Source: Eukaryota sp. TZLM1-RC (Eukaryota; Protista; Metamonada: BaSk clade). Taken from it: a stretch of 64,000 nucleotides of DNA. Positions 11,610 through 21,800 of the stretch are shown piece after piece; position 1 is the first letter of the stretch, and every line of letters begins with the position of its first letter. The notes below the pieces were generated by a model. That model had not been told where the DNA came from, searched no databases, and saw nothing but the letters and a program-made list of their open reading frames with translations. The stretch is taken from the NCBI GenBank assembly GCA_040285825.1, contig JAUPSS010000002.1:1-64000 (forward strand), written 5' to 3'. A program made the translations under genes and the position numbers.

Positions 11610-13210
11610 GGTCTCAAAGATTTTGGAGACAAAATTTTAACGAACACGGTAATCAAAAAAATTCGCAAACATTTGATTGCATATTAGTAATTGGTGAATA
11701 GAGTAAAGATTCTGGTTTCAAAAGGAAAGGAATGTACCCATTTAAAGTTACAAGCATAACAAAAATATTGAGACAAGCCGGCGATGCTCTGAATTGTTCG
11801 AAATTGATAACTTAACGTTCTTTATTACATGATGCTGTTAGAGACACTGTTTTTAACATGGCGCGAACTGCAAAAATCTGGTGTATTAAAGAGCCTCTGC
11901 TGAAGGAAACACTGTCATTGAATAATTTTGGTTCTGATGATAGAGGTGATGTATACTGTGATTGGATTGAGAACTCTGAAGCTGTTGTTGACTTTGTCTC
12001 ATGTAATGTTGCAAATGACACTTTGGTTCACAGAAGAAAACTTAATCCTGTAGGTGCTTTTGATTTTAAAGCAAAAGAAAAACATAGAAAATATGACAAA
12101 GATATCGAAGAGGCTAATGCTGGTAGAAATACACGACTAGTATTTATTGCTTTCCCATTTTCGATAAACGGAAGACTATCAGTAGAAGCAGAAACTTTTT
12201 TGAATGACCTCCAAAAAATAGTTCAAGAAAAAACAATGAAAAGATTTGATATTTTTTTATGGCGCTCTCGGAATCAATTTGCCATTATTAATAGATTACC
12301 TCGGTATTTCAATCGAATTAGAGAAGCTTTAGCTACACAGCAAGCAGATCAAGATTTTGTAGAGGAAATCTTGGTTCAATGCTTTTCGTCCCATTAGTTA
12401 TGAATTAATTTTATTAAGTGTGCATGTTCAATAAATATTTGTTTTTGACAAGCCGGTTACCTTGTTTACTTAGTTAATGAGGCATTTACTTTAAAGATGT
12501 CATAAATATGTTAAAAACGGTGAAATTGGAGAAAGCCTGGAAACTTTATTGGAATATGATGATCAAAACTTTACAAAAAAATTGAACTCAAATAGACGGG
12601 AGATTCATGTCAGAAAGAAGAATTGGAAATTGCATATAGATTCAAATAATGGAAAAAAGGCATAATTGAAAGCAAAAGTCAATGAGAAGTAAGAGGAAGC
12701 AATGAAATCAAGAGAAACCTAGTCATATACATGAGTAAGAATGAACCATGACGTCTACCAATTGTAGAAATAGTAGGTGAATTTGAAAGTACAACCAACA
12801 AGAGGATAAGAAAACGAATTTCAAAGGCTCTTGGAAAACGATGAATTGGGCAACTATAAAGTTCGTCAAGTAGTTCCATGGGGTCTGAGACAGTGTCATC
12901 AATGCAAAACCTTCTGGAATCGAGATACTAATTCTGCTCTAAATATTCAGATGGTGGATGAAGAGCTTCTGGATGAAAGAGAGAGATCAGAGGTGTTCAA
13001 GAGCCAACAGTCTCAACCCGGGGTCATTGAACGCAGTAATGAAAACTTGAATGATGTTGGAAAGGATTCTGAAGGTGATGGTATACCAATGAGTCCAATT
13101 CAACAATCTGGCATCAATACATTATCACGTATAGCGAAAGCAATAAATGAATAGTTTTGAAGCAACTTGAACTATCGAAATGTTACTATTTTTGTTCTAT
13201 TCCGCCAGCA
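11610..13210 (+). pseudogene. Fanzor pseudogene (RuvC-II to C-terminus plus right end), split by a non-LTR insertion, ending at the ATG at 13211
   Basis: Removing the insertion joins ILVIGE*SKDSGFKRKGMYPFKVTSITKILRQAG to YLVYLVNEAFTLKMS*IC. ORF 12831-13154 has PWGLRQCHQCKTFWNRDTNSALNI...ERERSEVF. Confidence 0.9.
11782..12446 (+). mobile_element. 5'-truncated CRE-like element (family B) inserted in the Fanzor relic
   Basis: ORF 11858-12397 matches the C-terminus of 53249-54157 and 61041-62057. Perfect 10-bp TSD GACAAGCCGG at 11772-11781 and 12447-12456. Confidence 0.92.
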
Positions 13211-14542
13211 ATGGTTTCCTGTTGTTCCTCTATCTCCCTTGGTCCACGCCTTTATAGTGATGCTAAATATGAACTCATGTCAGGCGATCTATGTCTTTGG
13301 AGTCAAGATTCAACTTCCAAGTTTGACTCAATTGGATTGATATATGTCATGAGGTTTTCCAGACTCCAAAAAGCCCATATGCTGATGGAAATACGTCGCA
13401 TTGATGACAAAATATCTTTAGTAGCCTCTTCGATGACTAATCGTTTTTCTCATTCTCCAGAAGGTACTCAACCTGTCACTGTACTTGCTTTTAGAAGATT
13501 GCTTGGTGATCGTAGCTCAGAATTCGAGTCCAAAGTAACTTCCTTTGTCGATAGAGTTATTGATGAATCGTCTGATCCCCAGTGGACTGCTGATCTCCAA
13601 AATGAAATTAAAGCCAACTCTAATGCTCTTTATCACAAAATGTGTCGATTGATTGCTGATCTTTACTTGGAGACTGGACTTTCAAATCAAGACATGTTTT
13701 CTCAGCTGTGCTCATCTGTACTTCGCAAAAGAGCTATCAATTTGGGGTCAATGACATTATTGTCTCCCATGAAAGTCGACATTTCTTGTTTTGATAAAAC
13801 TACTGAAGAAGATATTGAAACTGAGGAGGCTACCCAACCCTTTACTCCAATGTCTGCTGCTACACATTTTGATTCTTATTCGTCGATTGCAAACACGCTA
13901 CAAACTGGTGATCTTGTCTTTATGCGATCACGAACTGTTGCTGGTGCCATCATTAGACTAGGAACAAACTCTGAGTGGAGCCATATTGGCATGGTTATTA
14001 ACCCTAAGGATTGTCCCAACTCTGATTCAACCATTCCTGCTCAACTACTTTTATTTGAATCCAGTACAAACCGTGTTAATCAAAGGTCTTTTCTTTCTGG
14101 TAATGTTTTCAGAGGTGTTGCGATTGTTTCGTTGAGAGCAAAGCTATTCAATTCTGTCTATTCTTATGCTGCTGTGTCACGTTTAGAGGGGAATGTTAGT
14201 CGTACAGAATTGCTAGATACTTTACTGAAAGTAAAGGAGGAACTTCAAGGGAGACCTTATGAACAGAGTATGTTTCAATTGGTGCGATCCATTGCTGGTG
14301 ATACAGGGTTCTTCCGTAATCGTAAGGTGGACTTATCTTCTCTGTTCTGTTCAGAACTCGTCGCTGAAGTATTTCAACGCTATGGGTTGTTGAACAAGCT
14401 TCGACCTTCTAATACTTTTGTCCCAGAAGATTTTGTTCCTGGCAAAATTGAATTCAAAAATGGGGTTACTGCTGGTCCTCTCATCTATGTAGAAGGATTA
14501 GGAGATATGAACAAAGAAGGTGGTTATAATGTTGCATTTTAA
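13211..14542 (+). CDS. Permuted papain-like NlpC/P60 enzyme (YiiX/YebB, C92-like), 443 aa
   Basis: LQTGDLVFMR...WSHIGMV...LLFES...GRPYE...LFCSELVAEVF...VPEDF shows His before Cys. First ATG is 13211; the track start 13157 is TTG. Confidence 0.85.
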   Translation: MVSCCSSISLGPRLYSDAKYELMSGDLCLWSQDSTSKFDSIGLIYVMRFSRLQKAHMLMEIRRIDDKISLVASSMTNRFSHSPEGTQPVTVLAFRRLLGDRSSEFESKVTSFVDRVIDESSDPQWTADLQNEIKANSNALYHKMCRLIADLYLETGLSNQDMFSQLCSSVLRKRAINLGSMTLLSPMKVDISCFDKTTEEDIETEEATQPFTPMSAATHFDSYSSIANTLQTGDLVFMRSRTVAGAIIRLGTNSEWSHIGMVINPKDCPNSDSTIPAQLLLFESSTNRVNQRSFLSGNVFRGVAIVSLRAKLFNSVYSYAAVSRLEGNVSRTELLDTLLKVKEELQGRPYEQSMFQLVRSIAGDTGFFRNRKVDLSSLFCSELVAEVFQRYGLLNKLRPSNTFVPEDFVPGKIEFKNGVTAGPLIYVEGLGDMNKEGGYNVAF

Positions 14543-14665
14543 ATTTGTTGTGTTGTAAATATGAATAAAAATTGTTTTATAACATGTTATTTCATATGGA
14601 AGACGTCATTGGCCTCAAACACCCACAAATAATTAAAATGAACATAATGACACTACAAAATGACA

Positions 14666-15033
14666 CTACAGATTGACAGATTTGACTACCAAAACAACAG
14701 AATCACCCCTAAGAAACATTTTAGAGATAAATCTATCTTTAACAACCATTGATATTGACGATTTGTCATCGCTTGTGCGAGAAGGCTCTGTCCATATCAA
14801 TGGTAAGTTGAATATAATTGACTCCAAACCTCTTGAACATTTTCAAGAACTATGTTGAGATGTCTGTCAAAAGCTCGAACTCTACCAAGAAGTTTCCTGT
14901 TATGACGAAGAGTGATGAGAACTTGGTTGTGATTATGTACAGCATCAAGAAGAAGGGAGTAAGGTCCTTTTCTAAATTCCTGTTGTTCGAGACGTTCTTG
15001 CTCTATGGGATCCGTTTTATCAGTTGAAGACAT
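14666..15033 (-). CDS. SNRPD2: Small nuclear ribonucleoprotein Sm D2, two exons (15033-14830 and 14797-14666 in the preferred model)
   Basis: Exon 1 GPYSLL...NRKLLGRVRAFDRHLNIVLENVQE. Exon 2 is in another frame: IWTEPSR...KDRFISKMFLRGDSVVLVV. Joined product is 111 aa. Confidence 0.93.
14798..14829 (-). other. 32-nt intron in SmD2 (GT...TG in the preferred model)
   Basis: An intron is needed to restore the frame. Removing GTTTGGAGTCAATTATATTCAACTTACCATTG gives ENVQE|IWTE. Exact boundaries are uncertain. Confidence 0.65.
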
Positions 15034-15120
15034 CGGCTAACAGCAAAGAAGTGTCAAATACTAGTAACTGGTTGAGAATAATGGAGAATAAGTGATTAGG
15101 TCTGAAAAGTTCAGTTGTTA
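15034..15120 (-). promoter_or_regulatory. Shared ATG-abutting upstream module (type B)
   Basis: The 35 nt before the SmD2 ATG (GTTACTAGTATTTGACACTTCTTTGCTGTTAGCCG) are 28/35 identical, without gaps, to the 35 nt before the STRIP ATG (44077-44111). Confidence 0.75.
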
Positions 15121-15429
15121 CTTGCAAGGTTGGTGATACCAATTTTCGTCACCATTTGAATTGGTATAATAATGGTATACCAATACGAATACCAATCCCG
15201 ACCAAAACCGATGAATACCGACCAAAACAAAGTACCAAATTTGAAATACAAATATGGGGATAGTCTTACAATACTCTCCTTTATTCCTTTTTATTTATCA
15301 AACAGCGAAAAATATATCAAATGCAAAACTAAAAATCCACATCCTCAAAACTTGCCTCTCTCACGTCGAAACAGTTAATTACTGAAGATTCAGAAAATTT
15401 ACCAAAAGAAGAAAGTGAATCAGAAATTA

Positions 15430-15630
15430 ATTTCACCATTCCCTTGTAAATTGAAAACACAATTTTGTTTTGCCAGTAAACATGATTGAAAAATCTTCCA
15501 GTCCTTTCCTTTACACCTACACTGAAATCCTTAGGAAAGCAAATGCAGCCTTACCTAAAGTACCGAGCAAAGAAAATACTGAGGCACATAAATTATATTT
15601 GCCATGAGAGTTTTCATCATAGCTTTAGAT
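15430..15630 (-). mobile_element. CRE-like 3' fragment (family D)
   Basis: Reverse complement resembles 59660-59860 (ENSHG/AKYNLC...YWQNKIVFSI). Boundaries approximate. Confidence 0.65.
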
Positions 15631-16029
15631 TCCAGCATTTTCAATGAGAATTACAAAAAATCTCAAAATTAAAGTTCCAGTAGAAACTTTGAGGAACTTT
15701 GGGAAATTCCAAGAATTCTCCAAAATTCCTCCAAAGTTCTACATTCCAGAACATCATTCCAACATAACTTGAAGATGCACATTTGGATTCAAAAACAGTA
15801 CACAATGTATCTATCGTTTAATGAACCAAAAACTATTTAAAAAACTCTACTCTATACATATTGTTGCCTTTACACCAGCTGTCATCACGTTATCAGTATC
15901 ATTTCATGTTGATGACATCACTAGTAAATGCGGACAAGGGTGTTGGAGGAACTCTAAGAGGAAAATGCGTGGAAATATGAAAAGTTGTAATAATATGTAA
16001 ATTAAACAAATTGCTTCTTTCATCAATTA

Positions 16030-16860
16030 TTTTGAACCAGGATTACCATTTTTAGGTTCTTATTTGAGTAATTTTGATGAAATTTGAAATCAACTGTCAT
16101 CTCTTTCAGCAAATTTTGAACAGGAACATATCGTTCTTTCAGATTTAGATCTTGGAAATCATCTCAAATTCTTCCTCTTCAGAATTTGCTATTCAGAGAA
16201 AATTACTCATATCCTGCGATCAATCAAACCATCAATATCTCTTGTATTTTACAGAATTCTTAACGAATTAAGAACAAAATTTTTGGGTAATTTAGTTGAC
16301 ATTGATTCTTTTTTTTACGTGGTCATATTTTTTGAGCACAGAATTAGGCGGTCTAGATTTTTACGAAAGTAAAAGGCATTCATTGGTGTAGGCCCAATTT
16401 TTATTTTTAAATTTTTGAAACGGTTTCCTGAACACCAACATTTAATAAAACAATGTGTTAGTGATTGTTGAGTGTCTTTGCAGAATGAAACTGTTAAACA
16501 TTATTTGTACAATGAGCCTTTATCTCAGCTTGGGCATGTTGAGCATGTAAAGTATCAGCTAGTTCCATTTACTGTTTCTCTTTTTGGTAACGTTGGAATA
16601 TTTGGTATTAAATTTTTCGAAGGTTTCAGATGTTTAGTAAAGAAAAGAGCGGGAAAAGAGTTGAACTATAATTTGTGCTACAATAAAATTGTTTTGAGTA
16701 TACTGACAGCAATTTTAGAAATGATAAACAAAGCACTGTTACAATTAGGAATAGCGTATGAAAATGGCGCACTGAAGAGAATTTATGATGTTGATGCGTG
16801 CATTGAGCATATTGAAATCTACTTTTTGCGGGAATATTTATAATGAATAAAATAAAAAGT
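16030..16860 (+). mobile_element. Degenerate CRE-like fragment
   Basis: FLGSY and RICYSEKITHILRS RT-thumb remnants, and ORF 16472-16843 (YQLVPFTVSLFG...KIVLSI). Followed by an A-rich tail. Confidence 0.7.
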
Positions 16861-17289
16861 AGAAAAAAGTATTTACAGTTTACAAAAACAAAGTCTGTAA
16901 AGCTAAAAAAATCAAAAAAATGTAATACTATGTGTTTATTCAAGAATAAGGTTGAAATTTTATTGAAGTAATTGAATACGAAGAATTATATGGAATAGTG
17001 GTTTAGAAGGTGGTGGAAATTTGAGAATTCCGATAGATATTCCACATTGTTCAACTTGAGAATTCCAGCAATTCTTACAATTACCGTTCCCTTAAAAATT
17101 CTGGGAATAATCCAAATTCCGGCAGTTAAAGCTATGGTTTTCATAGAAAGAAGGAACAGGTTTGGTGCCTTTAGCAATTTTGCATTTTTCCCCAGCCAAA
17201 AGAGGATTATTCACATCAGAATTACTGGAATTTTGATAAAAAGAATTACAAGGGTCAATAAACATGGCATTTGAAATGGTGAAACTTTC

Positions 17290-17520
17290 ATTTTAGCCAG
17301 GAACAACCAAATCACCTCTTGTCAGATCCATAGAAGCTCTCATGTAACGCATACTATCAATATTGGGGTCAGCAAGAATATACTTTGATAGAAAAGGCCC
17401 CAAAGAGGCATCTACTCGATATGATTTGCACATGACATAAAGTTGGTTCCTGATATTTTTATATTTTTTACTTCTAAATGTAATAAAATGTTTACAGTGC
17501 AAAAGAAGAGTAAACAAAAG
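17290..17520 (-). mobile_element. CRE-like fragment (family D)
   Basis: ORF 17293-17517 (HCKHFITFRSK...LTRGDLVVPG) is nearly the same as part of 59102-59857. Confidence 0.8.
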
Positions 17521-18079
17521 AGGCTTATTAGTTACATGTTAATTTGTAAAATATAACCATCAGTTTACTAAAGGTTACTACAGGTTTTACATTGTGAAAA
17601 TGATTTTCATAAACTGTACCCTCCCACTTCACTTCCTATCTACTCCTTCAACATTTACAAGAAGACAGTTGACACTCAAAGGAGTTGTCTACGAGACTAA
17701 AAAACTTACTAATCCTCTATTTGCTTCTTATATAAACATGCTCAAACCCAATAATAGTAATGTTCGCTTGTTGAGAAAGATGCAAGACAAAAAAATCCGT
17801 CCACAGTATATGATTGATGGTGAGCTAGATTCAGAGAATTGAATGAAGGTGTACCAAAGCGTTAATTTAGTGTTATAGATTTGTAGTCATAAAATTCGGT
17901 TTATTTGTTATTAGAATAGAATTGATGTAATGTGTGTGTTGTGGCTGGATCTCAGAATAGGTATCAGTTACGGTTGCGTATCGTGCAACCCTAGATAGAA
18001 CCTGTATTTTAGTGGATATAATGTTTGTTTGCCCTTGAGATATCTGCATGAAAGGTTGATTAATTCTGAAGTTCATAAT

Positions 18080-18666
18080 TTTTTTTCTATATTTAATTTA
18101 TTCTAAAAAATACAGTCTAAAATTCAATATCTTCAAAAATAGCTTTCACACCATCAAACCTTACAACAGCAATGTCTTCGTAATGTGCACTGACAGACAT
18201 TAAAGCTTTCGAAATCATTTTAGGAATTGTTTTGAAAATAGTAAAAACAATACGATTCAACCGCAAACGACGATCAAAACGCTTATTCATTCTTCTTTTT
18301 ACAAGATTTTCAAAATCATCACTAAAATTCATGGCAGTTTTTCCAAGACGTCCATACAAGGATAAAAAAATGGGCAAATGGGGTAATCCACATGGCAAAC
18401 ATGTTTCAATTCTTTCAAAGGGTTTGCATGTTTCTTCCGTTTGTACAATTCTGAATCATCAAGGGGGGATACTTCGTATTGTGCATTTTGAAGCTTTTTT
18501 CTTGCAAAAATCTACTGTTACAACATCAACAACATTCAAGACATCATCAAATGAGGGCACAACAACATCAGCACTTCGTTATTCATATTTTGAATCTTCA
18601 ACGTTTTCATTTTTATCAATAGACCTCAACAATGGTTCTACAAATGATTCAATATAATTAGAATAG
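18080..18666 (-). mobile_element. CRE-like 3' fragment interrupted by Gypsy copy 1 (continues at about 25846-25875)
   Basis: ORF 18117-18398 (LYGRLGKTAMNF...NRIVFTIFK). Removing the Gypsy restores DQIHVMCYSNYIESFVEP across the junction. Confidence 0.75.
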
Positions 18667-18745
18667 TGTTGGCGCCCTAAGGCTTATATAATATGAATAG
18701 AAAATAAATCAGACTTTTCTTTACTACAATAGACTTTAGGCAACA
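18667..18745 (+). repeat. 5' LTR (79 bp)
   Basis: Direct repeat of 25763-25841 with TG...CA ends; contains TATATAA and AATAAA. Confidence 0.95.
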
Positions 18746-18822
18746 ATAATTATTGGCCATTTTAAAGTCAAAAGGTATACCATAACTTCAGCATTAGTGA
18801 ACATCCCCAGACACTTTACAGC

Positions 18823-21800
18823 ATGTCAGACATCTTCCAACAAGATATCTCTGACCCTAATCCCCCACTTAACATGCAGCAGATACCAGCGACACATATA
18901 CATAATATAGAGGGTAACGAGGCAACGGACCCGGATCCCACCTCCCCCTCCCCTAAAGTAGAAGAAGATGAAAGAGCGGACGAGGTCCCTCCATCTTCAG
19001 CGACAGAAGAGGTAACGAGAACGGACCCGGCTCCCTCTTCCCTCAGGAAAAAAGAAACAGATGAGGTTACGAGAACGGACCCAGCTCTCTCTCCCCTCAA
19101 AGCAATGGAAGAGGCAACGAGAACGGACCCGGCTCCCTCTCCCCTCAAGTATGCAGAATTGTCCTCGGAGGCAACGAGAACGGACCCGGCTCCCTCTCCC
19201 CTCCCAATTCTAGAACCTGCTTCAAAGGGAACGGATGGAGATCCCACCTTAGACACGTCTTCCCCATTAGGAGAATATGAAGAAATTCAATCTCAACTGG
19301 ATGAAATGGAGGAAGAAGACGACTCTTTCGAGGGGTTCTACAAGTTATTAAGAGACGATGCGGAGGCTTACCTTGAACCAACAGATTTCTGTCTGTTCGA
19401 GCAGCTTCCCCCTTTATGGAGTTACATTCAAAAAAGAGGCAGAAACGTTGGTTTCCAGACCCTCGGAATGATTAAGGATACCCAAAAGGTATTGAAAATT
19501 CCCCTCAATGAAAGGAATGAACTCATAAAGGCACTTGATAAACTGAGTAGAGAGACATTCGGGCGTAACGCACAGCGCCGCCCCAGAATCTCTGGAATGG
19601 ACAAGAGAATCAATGAAATGATGTCTCTTCCCATCAAAGATGGATTGGATTGGAAGGCCTCCTTCCTAGATCAACACGGCAGGAGAATAAGGTTTCTCTC
19701 CATCGAGCAGAGAAGTAGGACCGACTCGGAAGACATCCTACAATCCAAATTGCCTGCCTGGTTTGATCCTAACTTTGATACGGTAAGCCATAATTACACG
19801 GAGCTGACAGAGGGTGCTCCCACATATTTTAGGGAATTTATGGAGCAGGAGGATAGCAGTGAACAAGACAAGCTTGAACCAGTAAAACCCTGGTTCGATG
19901 CAGACGCTTTAAATAACATTCATACGGAACGATCAGCTGTATCCACGTATAGGAGCCGTCCTAACAACTACATCCAACAACATGGTAATTCGTTCACAAA
20001 ACAACGAGAGTTTAGACAATGGGTAACGGGAAATCCATCAACATCTCTCCACCTTCCCAAACTGCCTGTTGTAGCTCCTATAATTTCTGAAAAAAGCCAA
20101 CCAATACAGGTCTGCTCTATTGACAGCATACCCGAACACGTTCCAACAGTGAACGTCCCGGAACCTGTAACTAGACAAGACGTTGCTCCTCAGGAAGAAC
20201 CAACTTCCTCCCAACCTATGGAATGTGAAATTAGAGAAGACATAGAGTTGAACGGGCCAGTCGTTGGAGAAACGGCTCCTCCTCAACCCTCAGTGAGAAA
20301 CTCTTCTTCCGACAGATCTATGCGTATTGAGGACCTACAATCCTCAAGAAGAGCTATTGACATGAGCATAGCTAGTAGCCTTCATAGACAGATTGATCCA
20401 CGGTCTAAGGATATCGACTATAAAAGACCTCGATTATCCGCTGATGACCCTATCAACAAAATTTCTATCATAGCTTTTCTTTTAAAATATCAAACTTGGG
20501 ATAAATACGGGCGAAAGATAGCTAATAGAAGCTTTGAAGCCCCAGGTCAATCAGATTGGACCAGAGCCTTTATGATTGCTACCCAGCTATTTGGAGAAGG
20601 CCAAGCAGAAATAACCCAAGATAGGATCAAAGATCTCCCCAAACAAATACGCGACGAGATCATCAGGGATACAACACAGCCTTTGGTAAGGATTGACCCA
20701 GCTATAACAGATAAGCTCGGACCCCCAATCCACCATTATGATTTATTTAGGAGCATGATGATGAGCACTTGCCCTACAGGAATATCCAGCATGATTGACC
20801 CTAGCCTTCTATCCAGATGGCAAAGTCAAGGTTTACTCGGTGTTGATTATACCGACACCGACGTCATGGTATTTCTGTTAAAAAGAACACAATTCACATC
20901 ATATCATGAGGCCTGTACAGCTCTAATAAAGCCTAGAATAAACTGGAGAAAAATCCACAATAGGCATGAGGCTGACAACGAATTTGGTCGTTATGTAGAA
21001 GATTTTGGAGACGTCTTGAGAATGACCACCTACATGACCGACCTAACCATCCCCGATTTAATTAGAGGTAGCAGTGGGCTGATAACCATATCTCCCGCTC
21101 TAATAGCCGAGTACTTCCTTATGGGTTTGGATAACTTTGCTATATTGAGCGAACTCTTCCCAGTATGGACTAGGGAATCCTTGTGGGACTCACCGAACAG
21201 AACAACTCTACTCGATTTAATATCGACAACGAGAAGACATTTCCTCGCTTGGTGTTACACAGCAGGAAACAAGCCCACAATGGATGTACTAAGGAACAGG
21301 GCTAATGAAGAAGATATTCCTTTGGGACTCACGGCGATGAGAACTTACTCAAGAGGAGTAACACCATCAGCCCAGGCTCCATCAAAACGAGCAAGACGAT
21401 CAGGTGGAAAGTCAAAAGGAACCCCTCAACACAAATACATCCCTGAAAAGCATAAACAAGAAGGATCAAAATTCTGTACATTCTGCAGCAACGTCGAGAG
21501 TAACAATCCTGTTGGCCACACTGTATTCGAATGCAAAGACCCTCGTTGTGCTAGAAGCAGAGTTCCCAAAAAAGAAAGATTCAGATTAGGAGAACAGGAG
21601 GCGCCTGCTAGTAGAGGCAGTGTAGAAAGGGGCCGAGGTGGCCGTGGTAGACGTGTACATAGATTCAAATTTAGAGGCCGTGGAGGCCGTTTTAGAGGTC
21701 ATAAAGGAAGAGGTCAGTACAGACCTATTAACAACATCAACACTACAGAGGATATATCATCAAACGCATCCCCTACTGAGTCAAAACCGACCCGTTCGAG

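Noticed and set aside
15034-15068. Retroposed spliced-leader relics as the origin of the shared upstream modules
   Set aside because: At least two different module types exist and they are contiguous with Fanzor coding remnants. Not formally excluded without transcript data.
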